Shown: in pieces, positions 1-12,229 of the stretch
Layout: every line of letters begins with the position of its first letter
How positions within the stretch are numbered: the stretch's first letter is position 1
DNA from: Blasia pusilla
Taxonomy: Eukaryota
Direction: 5' to 3'
Assembly: GCA_050084515.1 (NCBI GenBank)
Contig: CM114271.1
Span: 22,754,001 to 22,818,000 of the forward strand
DNA: 64,000 nucleotides
The notes under the pieces: model-generated
What the model saw: only the letters and a program-made list of their open reading frames with translations
The model's database searches: none
What the model was told of the DNA's origin: nothing
Made by a program: the position numbers and the translations under genes

Positions 1-65
1 CTACTACTATGAATCATTGGAGCCGAACTGAACCGAAATAATCAAATACAAACTTCTGCACGAAT

Positions 66-345
66 CCGAACCCCCGAACACTTAATCCACGTACCACACC
101 TCTCGTTCGGGTTAATCCTCTATCGTGAAGCGATCATAATCCTCCATTAGCAACCAAATCCTCCAATCCGAACCCCGAACACTTAATCCCTCCACACCTC
201 TCGTTCGGGTTAATCCTCTATCGTGAAGCGATCATAATCCTCCATTAGCAACAAATCCTCCAATCGAACCCGAACACTTAATCCACGTACCACACCTCTC
301 GTTCGGGTTAATCCTCCATTAGCGATTGTAATTCTCCATTAGCGA
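66..345. repeat. About 100-bp tandem repeat, roughly 2.5 copies with small deletions
   Basis: CCGAACACTTAATCC...CACACCTCTCGTTCGGGTTAATCCTC...TAATCCTCCATTAGC recurs from about 66, 168 and 264. Each unit has an internal CCCGAAC/GTTCGGG inverted pair. Confidence 0.85.
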
Positions 346-1227
346 TGATAATGAAGCAAATGTCGGGTTTCTCTGTTGCTCCACGACGTTCATTACGGCT
401 AATCGACTGACGTTTAGGGCTAATCCACTTTTGCCGGATGGAATCCATTTTAACTCCGTCCGATGGCAGGGAACGGACGTTTTGAAGTCCGTTCCCTAAA
501 GTCCGTCCCATGTTTCACGGAGTTGGTGAAGCCGTCCGCCTAGGTCGCTGGCGTCGGCCCAGCCGATATCCGCCAGCCAGCCACCGTTTTCCCGATCAAC
601 AGCGCGCCTTCACCGAGGCGCCTGCAGATAGGGCCTAGCCTAGGCTTCGCTTTATTGCGAAGCCGCGGCAAAGCATGGGCTTCGGGGAGAGGGACCCCGG
701 GCGGCGGGCCCCGGCACTCTAGGAACACCCAGAGTCTGGATCGAGATTGGTCCATGTACAGGGGTCTCTGTTTGTACATAAAGAGTTGAACTTTGCGTGT
801 GTCCGAAACGAAAAGCTATAATCCAAATAGTCCCATGCCCCGTTGCCTCGTTCTTGTGCTGATCAGCACGTTCTTCTTACAGCCAAAAAGTAAGGAGTAG
901 TACAGGAGTACTAGGGCGGTATCGAATCGGATCACAACGTGAATTGCGGATACCTTTGGTGACCATCTCCACAAAGTCCTCCGGACTTCCGAAAAAGGAG
1001 GCCAGGTTAATCGTACGGTGAGGAGATAGTAAAGACAGTAACCACCTCACTTGTCTAGGGACGCTACGCCCGTCGAACTTGCGAACACCCTCGACAGAAA
1101 TTCCGAATCGATCCAACATTTCAATCGACCCCGGAGTTTTATGCCCTGATTAAATTTCAGCATGCGATTCTACACACAAACTTACTTCTGAATTCCACAT
1201 GAGGAAGGCATTTGTTTGCCAAGCAGA

Positions 1228-1809
1228 TTACGGTATCCTGAAGCTGAATACGGTATCCTTCACTCCGAAGTAGGATCCATCGGTAGGGAAGAATGGAATG
1301 AAGAAGTACAAGCTCTTGCCACCGGCTTGGTTGAAAATGTCGTTCCAGGCCTCAAGTGAGCTTCTGTAATTGTAGAACTGCCAGTAGCCATCATCATTGC
1401 CGAGCCACGAGGTGAAGAATGACTTGCCTCGGTACGTGAGCTGATTCGGATGTGTTCTATACCTGGTCAGCATCGTTACGATCTCTGAAGGCGATAGTCG
1501 AAGACCCGTGCCATCCTCGACATGAATGTCGGCCGAGAAGAAAAGTTTGAAACCGGTGCCCAGCTCGCTCGCAGCCTGATAAATTTTATCTGCCAGCGTC
1601 TGTCTCCACACATTCGTGTTCAGTGCGAATGCGTCGATACCCTTGCTTTGGGCGAGCTGAATTTCCTGCTTGTAAGTATCGATTGAATCCTGCGCATAGA
1701 TGAGGTAGTGAGCGAACACCAACTTCGGGGTCTGAGCAGCTGCGAATGGCGCTACTGAGCTGAGAATTGCGGCACAAAGCCAAATGGATGAGGCGACGAA
1801 ACTCTCCAT
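1228..1809 (-). CDS. Secreted glycoside hydrolase family 71 (alpha-1,3-glucanase/mutanase-like), N-terminal part only; truncated or continued by splicing outside the window
   Basis: Signal-peptide-like N-terminus (MESFVASSIWLCAAILSSVAPFAAA), then GH71-type motifs KLVFAHYL, EIQLAQSKGIDAFALN, FKLFFSAD, HPNQLTYRGKSFFTSWLG, FFIPFF. The C-terminal motifs (VSPWF, WNDYGES) were not found in the window. Confidence 0.85.
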   Translation of the reverse strand: MESFVASSIWLCAAILSSVAPFAAAQTPKLVFAHYLIYAQDSIDTYKQEIQLAQSKGIDAFALNTNVWRQTLADKIYQAASELGTGFKLFFSADIHVEDGTGLRLSPSEIVTMLTRYRTHPNQLTYRGKSFFTSWLGNDDGYWQFYNYRSSLEAWNDIFNQAGGKSLYFFIPFFPTDGSYFGVKDTVFSFRIP

Positions 1810-3591
1810 GACTGCTTCTCTTACTCTGCTTCTTCAGTTTCGCACAATGAGAGTTCCCAGGCTCCGTGCGCTATAAGCGTTCCTTAACCGGGTCCCACAC
1901 GCACGACAGAAGTTTCATAGGATACAGAAAGCCAACTTTATGCTTATACAGCAGACGCTTGTTGGAAGTAAACTTCGACTTCAACCGTAGTTAGTTCCGG
2001 ATATTGTTTCTACAGTCCAAATTCTTCCCTAGTATTAAGGCACACTGACACCACCGGTCTCCCTCTCGGGTCCTTTGGTACATGGTGTAAAGTCATCCGA
2101 TTTTGTTCTTATCCGTGACTTTTTGAATTCTTAACTTGACCTTTTGAGATTAGTTTATGTTAAATTGAGGAGCGTTTCTGAAACGGGGACACGTCTCTTT
2201 TCTTGAGTTTAAGAATTTAGTACACTTTCTTTACTTTGTTAACGGGACATGTATATCTATATTATCGGATTTTGCAAACACATATTTGCATAACACATGG
2301 TTAAAAAAAGATATTTTCCGTATGCAGCATCAATAGTCTATCCACTCCGGTGCACGTGCTATATACCAGTGTGTATAATTATAGTCTCTTCACTCCCGTG
2401 CGTCGCACCTGCCGCATATTGGTGGTATAATTACAAGACCAGCATCTATGAACTAGTTACGCCGATCCTAACTAGTTTATAATACTAATAGTTTATTTTA
2501 TAATACTAATAATTTGTTGTCCCATGGATGGAAATGAAAATGTGAAAGCATGGGACAAGAACGATTTTTTAAAGTTTGATATCCAATTGAAAATAGTAAA
2601 TATATATAGATACGTTTGAACCTTACTGATAAGTAAATTATAATTTCCAATTTATTTAAATTCACTTATTCATTTGGAGAATTTTAACTATTCCTTTATT
2701 TTCTAATCCCCATCTCTCATTTAAGAAGAAGAAAATCACACTCATTTTAATCCGTATTTTTCCAAAGAAAAGTTGTTTGTTTTTCTTTCCAGTCTATCTT
2801 AAACATTTTAAACTTAGCAAATAAAATATTCTCATTATTTTGAAGATGTATCTTGTCCCAAAATTCTCCTACTATCCTCCTCATTTTCTTCCCCAAAATA
2901 TTATTTAACTTTCCATTGAAACTAAATTTGAAAATTGGAGGTTTTAACTCTCTTTTTCTACCTCAACCTTTTTTTAAAATCTGGTTTTATAAATCATGGG
3001 AAAAGACGATGAACATGAATGAGACTTACTAACGTTTCATGAAAAAATTATCTAAACTAATTTTTTTTAATAAAAATAAATCTAATTACTAAAATCTTAT
3101 GCTTACTCTACCTTTCAGCTGGTATAGGGTAAAATTGAAAAGAAATTCAAGACACTTGAGGTGGCCTTGATTCAACATGAGCTAACTAAGTATCAAAAAA
3201 AATATGATAACTACTAACTAGTATTTAGAGCCCCTAACCATCCATCGGAATATTTAGATGGAGATGAAAAAACCCATAAGTAACGGACCAAATACAATTC
3301 TAAAACTGAGAAATTTTTTTAAAGAATCCTATATTTGATAAAATATTTTCAGCGGTGGAACTATGATTTGAAGATTTCTTGGTTGGATATTCCCATAAAT
3401 ATTGTAGAAGATGAGGAAAAATATTGGAATGAGGTAGGCTAGGGAAATTTGAAATAAGATTAGAATTGTTCTCAACTATTTTACAATTTATGAGGAGTTT
3501 TTTCTTTTTCTGAATTAAAAAGTATGCCCTATGTTTTAATCCATTCTCTACAATGTCATATAATATCGGAAAGGAAAATATTAGAAATAAC

Positions 3592-4068
3592 CACGGTTGC
3601 ACACAGACAAAGTCCATATCCGCAGACTTTTTTCAGTCCTATGGACGAATATATACGTGCGGGCTTAGGTAACCGAGCCTGCCTTGGAGCCCACCCAAAG
3701 CCCGCCGCATAGACTTGGGTTGACACCTGACGAAGCTTGCACCTGTTGCGTGGCCCACCAAGGCCCGCGGTCGGCCCGCGACCAGAATCGGGGAGCGGTC
3801 TTGGCTCTCGCTGGGCGGGCTCAAGCCCGCAGAGAGCCCGCCCAAGGCCTGCTTAGGACCCATATGAGCCCACCATGCAGGCCTTGGGCACGCTCTACGT
3901 AGCCCCCCTACAGGCCCCTAGCCCGCCAATGGGCCGCCATGGAGGCCTTGCGTGAGCCTGATCCCGCCGTATAGATCTGGTTACGGGCTAGCTGCGGGTG
4001 CAGGCTCCGTCAGCTCTAGTCTACGTGGCGGGCTTCGGGCGGGCTCTAGGTGGGATCCGGGAAGGCTG
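3592..4068. mobile_element. hAT-type MITE copy (right TIR eroded)
   Basis: Left end CACGGTTGCACACAGACAAAGTCC, GC-rich GGGCT/AGCCC core. Flanks GAAATAAC / AGGATAAC differ only by transitions. Confidence 0.6.
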
Positions 4069-4729
4069 AGGATAACTTTTTTCCCTCAAAATCCTCCTTG
4101 ATTGATGATATTGATATGGTTTTGGGACAACAAGAAAAAAATTCAATATGAGAGTAGGAATTTTTTTCTTCAATTTTAGGACAATATGATTATTGGTCTT
4201 GTGCATAGCATAGCATAGACACTTCTTGTTAATTAAGAAGGGGAAGAAGAAAAGGAATGATTTTTAAAGGAAAAAAAAAGCGGAAGAATTCAATGAAGAT
4301 TTTCATTTTTCAATAGGGGATAGGAGAAGAAATGAATAATTTTTCAAAAGCGGGGTTAAGAAGAGCTTCAATAGAAATTTTTTTTTTAATTCTAATAGGA
4401 ATATAGAGAGGATATACTCAATTGGAGAGGATCCTTCTATCCATACGGAGGAAAATCTACATATATGGGTCCGTTATACATGTGGAGATGTAAGGTGAAA
4501 TGAAAGGGGAAAGGAATCATTATTAGTCATGCGTTTCTTTGTCTTGTCTCTCATGAAGAAACAAGAGAAGGGAGGACGGAATGGATAAAGCCACCATAGG
4601 GACACTTCCTCTCCATTCCTAATGAAAATAAAGACCCAAAATAAAATTCTTAATGGAAAAAAGAAAGATGGAATGAACCTCCTCAGTATGGATTGACATG
4701 GAATCCCTCTCCTACAAATTTAAACAATA

Positions 4730-4760
4730 CTAGTAAGAACGTCCTTACTATGCACGGGCA
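4730..4760 (-). mobile_element. Probable Helitron 3-prime terminus (degenerate)
   Basis: Minus strand reads TGCCCGTGCATAGTAAGGACGTTCTTACTAG|T: a decayed GCCCGTGC hairpin followed by CTAG, like the intact end at 62492. Confidence 0.45.
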
Positions 4761-4775
4761 TAGAGTGATTGTGAT

Positions 4776-5160
4776 TAGGGTTGCACATAGATAAAGTCTG
4801 TGTCCGTGCGGGCCCGGGTACGCGTAGCCACTTGAGCACGGCGCCCACGCACCCTGTAACAGGAACCCACGCTGGCCAAGCCCACACTAGTTTTGTGACT
4901 TGTGGCCACGCTCGCACAAGGCGGGCTTAGGTCCGCGCATGGAGAGCTCGAGACCCACAGGGCAAGCTCTAAACCTGCCATACGTGGGACTGAGCCCCAC
5001 TTATGGCCACAAAACCGGTGCAGGCTCGGCCAACCCTCATGCCCGTTACGGACTCTGAGGGCTCCGGGGATGGGCTGAGCGGGGCTCAGATGCGAACCAT
5101 GGGAACTCGAGGGGCATGTTCGTGGATATGTCTGGACTTGCTTGTTTCTATGCAACCTTG
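4776..5160. mobile_element. hAT-type MITE copy
   Basis: TIRs TAGGGTTGCA ... TGCAACCTTG; 8-bp flanks ATTGTGAT / ACCGTGAT. Confidence 0.85.
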
Positions 5161-6704
5161 ACCGTGATCTTAACTAAGGAAATTTTTTGTCAGCTTACAC
5201 GCAAGTAAGCTACTTTGTAAAATACTTCCAAGACTTCACTTTTTATAGAAATTTTTTTCTCTTTGCCCTCCTTTATAGAACTTTTTTCTTCTTACCTTCC
5301 ATACTTAGAATAACCCCAATGAGTTTTGTTGATAGTATAAGTGCCCTTGCCACAAACAGCTTGACAAAGTCCCTTTTGATCAAATGCTCCCGCATAAAAA
5401 ATAATCATACTATTAAGGGCGTTAGCTTATTTTGAAGACCATTGAATGAATGACACCCATCAAATTTGTCCATGAAGTAAGTTGATGAAGTTTTTCTTAA
5501 AAGAAAAACTTATCCCTTATTAAGTAGAAAGCAAGAATGTGGAAGGTTTTAAAAATGAGTTTACTTTAAAGAAAATTAATTCACCTTATGGGAAAAAATG
5601 AAAAGGATAATAGCTCTCCAATAGGACAAGAATTATTCTTCAAATTCTTCTATAATATTTTTAATTTTCAAGTTAGATTGGGAGAAGAAAAAGAATTCCT
5701 CTTTTGGAAAAAGAATGATCAAAATAAGTAATTTTCTTTCTATTATTGAAAGTTTTCCACAAGTAATAAAAGAAAATATATGAAAATGTGTCTTGAGTTA
5801 AGTAAGATGCATTATAAAACAAATTCTATCCTTCTTATTTTTTGTCATCTTTTTTAAAATTAAATTCTATTCTACTTGTGTTATTTATTAGTTTCACATT
5901 TCATGTGTGAATCTTTTCATTCCGAATCATCTCCGGTAGAAAAATAATTACTAGTAACTACCGTCAACATAACTTTCATTGTAGGTAAAATTTTAGAGAT
6001 TATTTTAAGTTCCCTTCTTAACTCTCCTTCCACTTTTATTCACTTTTATTCGAGTTGTATTAGAGGTGGAACGCAGCTCGAATTAAAGTCTCCACCTCTA
6101 AAACAACTCTGGTTCTGAACTCGAGGATGATGAGGTCACATGACTGTGGGAGAGGAGCTGTTCGGCCTCATATCCCACTCCATCGTCGTCGAGCAAGTCA
6201 CCTCGCATGATCCAATGGTCTCTCTTAGCCGTCCACAGGGAGCCAACAGTCAAGGCCAGTCAAGGTCCAGTCTTTGGAACATTTGAGCTCGTTCATGGTC
6301 CGAATCTACGTGCCTCTGTAGACACGTGGATTTCAGACCATGCCACGAGCAATCACCGGACCCAACAGCGGGGGATTTTTGCGCGACTCCTTTCATCATC
6401 CATTAGAACAAATGGTCGCAAAAAACTCGGGCGCTGGCACAGCGATCTCTAGAGCAATGGTGGTTAAGGGCCTCGGAGCCGTACACCTGGAGTAGGGACC
6501 CCGTCACAATCGCGCAATCGACGATAGCTAGCACGTCAAGGATTGTGTTTCACTCGTTGAATCTGATCGTTGACGGCATGATACAAAGCTTCTAGTTAGG
6601 CGCTGGCGATTCAGCGAAACCTGCCTACAGCATCCGTAATTTAAAGCCGTCTCGGATTATCGTTGTAAGTTCTCTCGTGTGCACTCAAGAAATATATATA
6701 TCCA

Positions 6705-9700
6705 TTTTATTATAAAATAAATCTTAGAAGAGGACAAGGAAAGGTAATAACGTCTCAAAAGATGCATAAAGAAAATGGTAACCAACCAACAACTCAACGA
6801 GCTACACAATTGATCGCCTGAAACAAATCTGACAAGAACACGAGTGGTTAGTTAGACGTGAATGGACGACGGGGCAAGCGATCCCCTACCACCTCCGCAC
6901 GACGTATCAATGCCAATGCTTGTGCATGCTGTAAGGCCATTGAGATGCATTGCCGAAAATAAGTAGTAACTACAGAGAGAGAAGGACTACGGGAAGGGGC
7001 AAGGTGATGATTCTTGAGGGAGTGATGAGCACATGTTTTCAGGAAAGTATCAAAAGACACATGTAAATGACCGAATACTTCCACTGCAAAAGGAATAAAT
7101 CCATCAGTCGCATGTCTCACAACATAACTTAACTCCTTGATTCTTGCTGCAGCTTCGGCCGCCAAACTTTTGGTATGTGCGGCTCGACACACCAAGTCAA
7201 AACGTGTTGGATCAGCAACCACATCACCTAGTGTCTGGAATCCACCTCGAGATATAACAAGATCCACTCTCCGACCGAGGTTGCTTGTGTAGTTGAAGGT
7301 AGGACATGGAGTTGCTCTTGCCCAACGGTGTATCCTGCAGTACAAGCCACCGATGCTACCGCCTCTCTAATGACATCATGTGTGGCCGTTTGTTCTCCAC
7401 CATATGCACATCGGAGAATATGGATACCCTTCGTATCAATGGGATCCCCGCATACACAATTCGGCACACCTAAGAGAGAAGGATGAGGAAGTCCAAGACG
7501 TAACCGCAAAGCTGTCGAGAATATACTTCGAGGAAGATGAAATGGAAGAATAAGAGGATTTGCAGCGCTTCCGCTTCGGTACCCGCACATGAACGCAGAC
7601 GAGCTCGATGAGCGTCATAGGATGCCTCAGAGAGAATGCTAGAAAAGTTCATTTGATGCAGATTCTCGGAGATAAGCTCTTGAAGTCGATTAAGCCCTTC
7701 TGTAATCAATTGACTGAAAGGGGGTAGAATTGCTTGTGTAGCAAGAGGAAGAAGAGCTCGTGTAGATCTCAATTGTTGTTAAAATAACAACTCTCCCTCC
7801 TCTACATGGGCGATATGATCCATCAAGATAGATGTATCTCCTTGGAGAAACCTTGAAGCCATAATCAGTGCTACCAACGCCCAACTCCCCAGGAAGGCTG
7901 CGGGAGCAGATGCGACTGCGGAGGACAGTCCCACCCCTCCAAAATAAATAGGCAAGATAGCTTGTCGTGAAGCAAAGAAAACATCCTCTCCCTCAAAGGT
8001 ATTCGGGCCAAGAAGTTGACCAAAAGTTCCCAAGATAGAAGCGTCAAAAAAGGCCAACTGATATAAGAACCTTGAAGTGGGAGGACAAGTGCGAAGAAGG
8101 TAGGAAGGACGTCGTAGAAAACATTGGGAGAGAATCCCATAAGCCACTTGGGGATCCCCTAGATGAGGTAACAAATGAAGCCATTCCACGTCTTTCAAAA
8201 GGGTCTCATCCAAGAACTTTGAGACATAGTCGATGAAGCCAATTGGGACCCCAAGAACCCTAACCCCTTCAATGTAGATGGGAAAATCATGAGTAGGTGG
8301 GGTGAATGTTGAGGGAAGGCATCATGGAGACCATACTCCACATTTACTAGGTTGGACTTTAAGGTTTAAGAAAGAGAGTCGCTCCACGAAATGGGTATAA
8401 GCAGGAACCACTTCAGAAGGAGGACCTATAATGTGAGTATCATGAGCAATAGAAGGGAAAAGACAAGATGGAAATGCTTGCGTTGATGCTCGAAGGGCAC
8501 GAAAGTGGGAAATGGAAAAGAGTGGGCCATCCATGGGATCACCTTGACGTGTGCCACAAGCCGATTGTAGAATACTATATTCCCTGGAAGTAGCATGATA
8601 GGAATAGATAATGGGCATATCATAGGCATAGAAGGAGCAAACAAATGAAATGAGGCTCGCAAGTTGTCCTCCTGCACAACGTAACTCCTTAAAGATGGCC
8701 GCACGAGAAACTGAATTGAATGCGTTAGCCACATCGACTTGAATTGCTACCCAATCTGGATGAATATCAAGAGTGGAGCAAATCCCATGCACCATAGCCT
8801 CACAACCTCCAGGATTTGCCACTCCAAATTGATGAGGAAATAAGTGGGCACTAAAGTGAGGACGAAATGGCAAGCATAGGGATCGACTAACCAAGCGGTA
8901 TAAAACCTCTCCAATAGCCAGAAGGCGCACACTTGAAGGAGGCTTATCCATAGCCAACAAACGACAAGCCTCTAAGAGTCTAGAGATAGAGAATGGGAGA
9001 TGACATGCCGCCATATGTGCACACACCTTATATAGAGAGACAAAGCCACTTGCTGAATCTGCCGGGATAAAGCAATCGCGGAGATACTCAAAACCATCCC
9101 TGATAGCCCGCTTGCTGATAAGCAAGGAGTATGTAGAAAAGCCCTTGTGAAAACCTCCAAGTCAAGGTCCATTGTATAGTCTTCCACAAAAGATGGAGCA
9201 TCGCCACTTGAAGGAGTGTGAAGAGCTTCTAAGAGAGCCATTGTTTCCGTACTTGGAACCGCCCGAGAAAGAGGACCCAATGCTCGAGCTGCACGTGAAA
9301 ACTCACCAACCTGCCCCAAAAGTAGACTTTGTTGAAGGCGTTGTTGTATTGATGGCCTCCAATTATTGGCATATTGAGAGGGATGAGCCGCAGCTAAGGT
9401 CTCTGCTCGAAGTACGTGCTCATTTTGAGGATTCTCCCAAACCCCAGACATAAAGCGTTGAATACGTAAGGAGGTTTCACGATGACCCGTCGCACCACCC
9501 CTTGGAGGGAGGACCAAAACCCATTGTGGGAAGAGTAATAGGAGATACCAAGCATTGATATCTGTGGGATCATGCGCTAACCTTTCTAATGGGAAAAGCA
9601 AAGCTTGTTGGGTGATGGGGCGAAGAGCAATAGGAATGCGAGTGTAGAGTCTAGGACGAGGAAGACCTAGATGGAAAGAGCGAAGGAGATCAATTTGTCT

Positions 9701-10700
9701 TAACCAAGTCCAAGTAGTTGTTGTGGGGAGTGCAGTAGGAGGTGGTATCGGGTTAGGGATTGAAGGCCCATGTATGGATCGACACTACCGCTAATGTCTT
9801 TTGATCTCATTAGGAGCAAACTCCTTACCACAAGGTATGCAACGAACCTTTAGTACAAATGGAGAAGTATAAGGGTTACAAGGAGAGGGGGTGGGAGGTG
9901 CAAGAGCTGGTGATGGACGACGATGAGGGGGTAAGTAGGTTGGGGAAGGAGGAGGAGGAAGAGGGGATATTGGGTAGAATAGATGGGAGTTGGAAGCAAG
10001 GGCATAGATGAGATATGTGGGAATGGCAAAATAGAAGGATTCGGTAATAATGGATCAAGATTTGGCTCAATAGGACAAGACAAAGAGGGGAGAAGAAGAG
10101 AATCCGGAAGAAATGCAGCAAGTGTAATGGGTGTAAGAGCATCTGGAGGAAAATGGCGAGATCTACGATGAGGAGGTGAGCCAGGGGGAGATGTTACGAC
10201 TCTAGGAGGGCGTTTAAAACCAGATAAGCGAGTAGATGGAGAATCCAACTCCATCTCTGATGACATAGAAACAAAGGTAGGCAAGTCATCGAAGACAAGG
10301 GAAGACATATGAAACATGGTTTGGAGAAAGCATGAGGATAACGAGAAAAACAAAAGTAGTGGAATCCGTCCAAAAGAAATTTAGATGGAGAGAAGAAGAT
10401 TAGGCAATACCGAATTTATGATTGAAAGGTACTATAAGAAAAATATAACAAGCAATTGAAAAGGAAAAGTGATCTATATGGTATCGGAAGAGGTGGATCA
10501 AGAATATGAATTTCTAATGTCCTTAAAGAGATGGCAAACGTATGTAGGGGCGAAACAGTAAGGTAAGGAGTTGAAAGAACAAGGAAGATTTTTGGGAGGA
10601 TTTGACCTAAAACAAAACCGTACACAAAAATAGGCGCCTACGGAGAAGGAAGAACAACTAGAAAACCTACTTGATATGAAAAGAACGAGCTCGTCAAGAC
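6705..10700 (-). mobile_element. Non-LTR retrotransposon with restriction-like endonuclease (CRE/Cnl1/MoTeR-like clade), frameshifted
   Basis: N-terminal zinc finger CIPCGKEFAPNEIKRH*R*C (about 9780-9848). RT motifs VRLLAIGEVLYRL, HQFGVANPGGCE, DVANAFNSVSR, GTRQGDP, FPSIAHD (catalytic DD altered). Then CCHC CVCG..IDTKGIHILRC, HDVIR and RLE RRVD..TLGDVV..KELSY..FIPFAVEVFG. 3-prime end TTTATTTTATAATAAAA next to a short (TA)n. 5-prime boundary approximate. Confidence 0.9.
6848..9848 (-). pseudogene. ZnF-RT-CCHC-RLE polyprotein of the CRE-like element, split over several frames
   Basis: ORF pieces 8972-9601, 8322-9125, 7779-8213, 7470-7772, 7228-7590 and 6848-7345 are colinear parts of one protein. 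Confidence 0.88.
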
Positions 10701-11738
10701 GATCGAAACAAGCTCAAACACGTCCAAAACCGACACTCCAAAAGAAAGTATTGAAAGAAATTGGAAACACCAAAAAAAGAGGATATGAGGAGTAAGTGAG
10801 CCACCCACCAAAGATTTCTATGAGGGAATGAGTTCGTAATATTGGGCCCAGTCCGTATCAAAAGATCCAGAAAAGCAAGAGGAATCCCTTTGATTGATGG
10901 TAACCCGATATCACTCTATAAGGAGAGCGCTATGTGTGAAATTGCGTATAGGAATCTATGAACACATTTAGGAGAGAAGGAGGTCCAAAGATCCCAAGAA
11001 TTTTGGAAAACTCAATCTTAAGTGGAAAAAAGAAGACCCCAAAGTTCAAGCTTGAGAAGATGAACACATTGGGCTTTAAATTGAAAAGATTAGATCATCA
11101 TGGAAATAGTTACAAGCAAAATTCTAGACGTCCCTCCATCTCCTCCGCCATAGTCCTCCCTCCATACTCTCCCCAATTTCGATTCTTGCCCAATTTCCAT
11201 ATGCGACAAAAGAGAACAGAATTTTCCTGTATTTCTGAACTAGAGTCTTACCATTGAATTTTTTTTAAACAATTCCATCCGTCTCTTTTCTTTTCTATTT
11301 ACATTTAATGTTTTAATTCTCTTGTTTTGACATGTGTCAACATCATAAGAGGAGGATTCTCTAACCCCATGATAGTATAGATAAAAGGACTCGTGTCATG
11401 CTCAAGGGATTAACCATCTTTCTTGCAAATTCAAAATTTTCTGACAGGTATTTGCAAATCAAACCAACAAGGCATTCATAATATGCAACTAAATGAAAAA
11501 AAATTTGTGAGTAAAGATGAGGAATTAAGATAGGTTTGTGCTACTTTGAAATCTGATTATATATAATATAAGCTCTCTTTTCAAAGTTAACACTAAAGGC
11601 AGTTGCAACGAAGTTCGATTTAAGGGCCATACTAGTTGGGTGATGAGAACTCGAATGGGTGCACACAAGATTCGTAAGCTGGAGCCTAGAAACCTTGTGA
11701 GATTAGTTTTATAGCCTCATAAATTTATCTGAAACCAC

Positions 11739-11766
11739 TTTATTATAAAATAAACCTCAAAGAGGA
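11739..11766 (-). mobile_element. Isolated 3-prime tail of the same CRE-like family
   Basis: TTTATTATAAAATAAACCTCAAAGAGGA closely matches 6706-6734 TTTATTATAAAATAAATCTTAGAAGAGGA. Confidence 0.5.
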
Positions 11767-12229
11767 TATATGCATAAGTGGGCAGCGATGACGGAAAAAC
11801 TGCAAGCGTTGCATGTAAGTTTTATGGGAAGCTAATCTGTCCCGAGAATACAATCCCAGATGCGGTTGTTCACGTGTACGGGGTCCATACATTCATACGG
11901 GTCGATCTCTGACGATTTCAACTCTGAGCAGTTGAATCCCTGGCGATAGAAGTAGTCAGAATCTACATCATGGAGGTCCATTTCGTTCTATTTGAGGACG
12001 AATTAAGGTATCACTGCACCCAACTTTCAGCTGCTTCCGGGTCCGCGAAGTTCATGCTGTAGATAAGAGGGCATAGGGGGCGGAGAAGGTGGAAGGGATC
12101 GCCATACAGGAGGTGCGCGCGCTGGTTGTCACAACTTTACTGATCTCATTTATGTACGCCCGCCACGGGAGTGGCTTGTTCAAGACGGATTGGAAGTTTC
12201 CCTTCCAATCCCAAGGAAGGGGGATGCTC

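Larger units (their letters stand above)
2500..5960. mobile_element. Degenerate long-TIR (Mutator/foldback-like) non-autonomous element containing nested insertions
   Basis: 2740-2900 aligns by eye to the reverse complement of 5585-5730 (e.g. TTTGAAGA..TCTTGTCC..CTA(C/T)TATCCT..TCATTTT). Boundaries approximate, no TSD found. Confidence 0.5.

Noticed and set aside
9850-10353. Separate Pro/Leu-rich gene
   Set aside because: Low-complexity N-terminal region of the CRE-like element.
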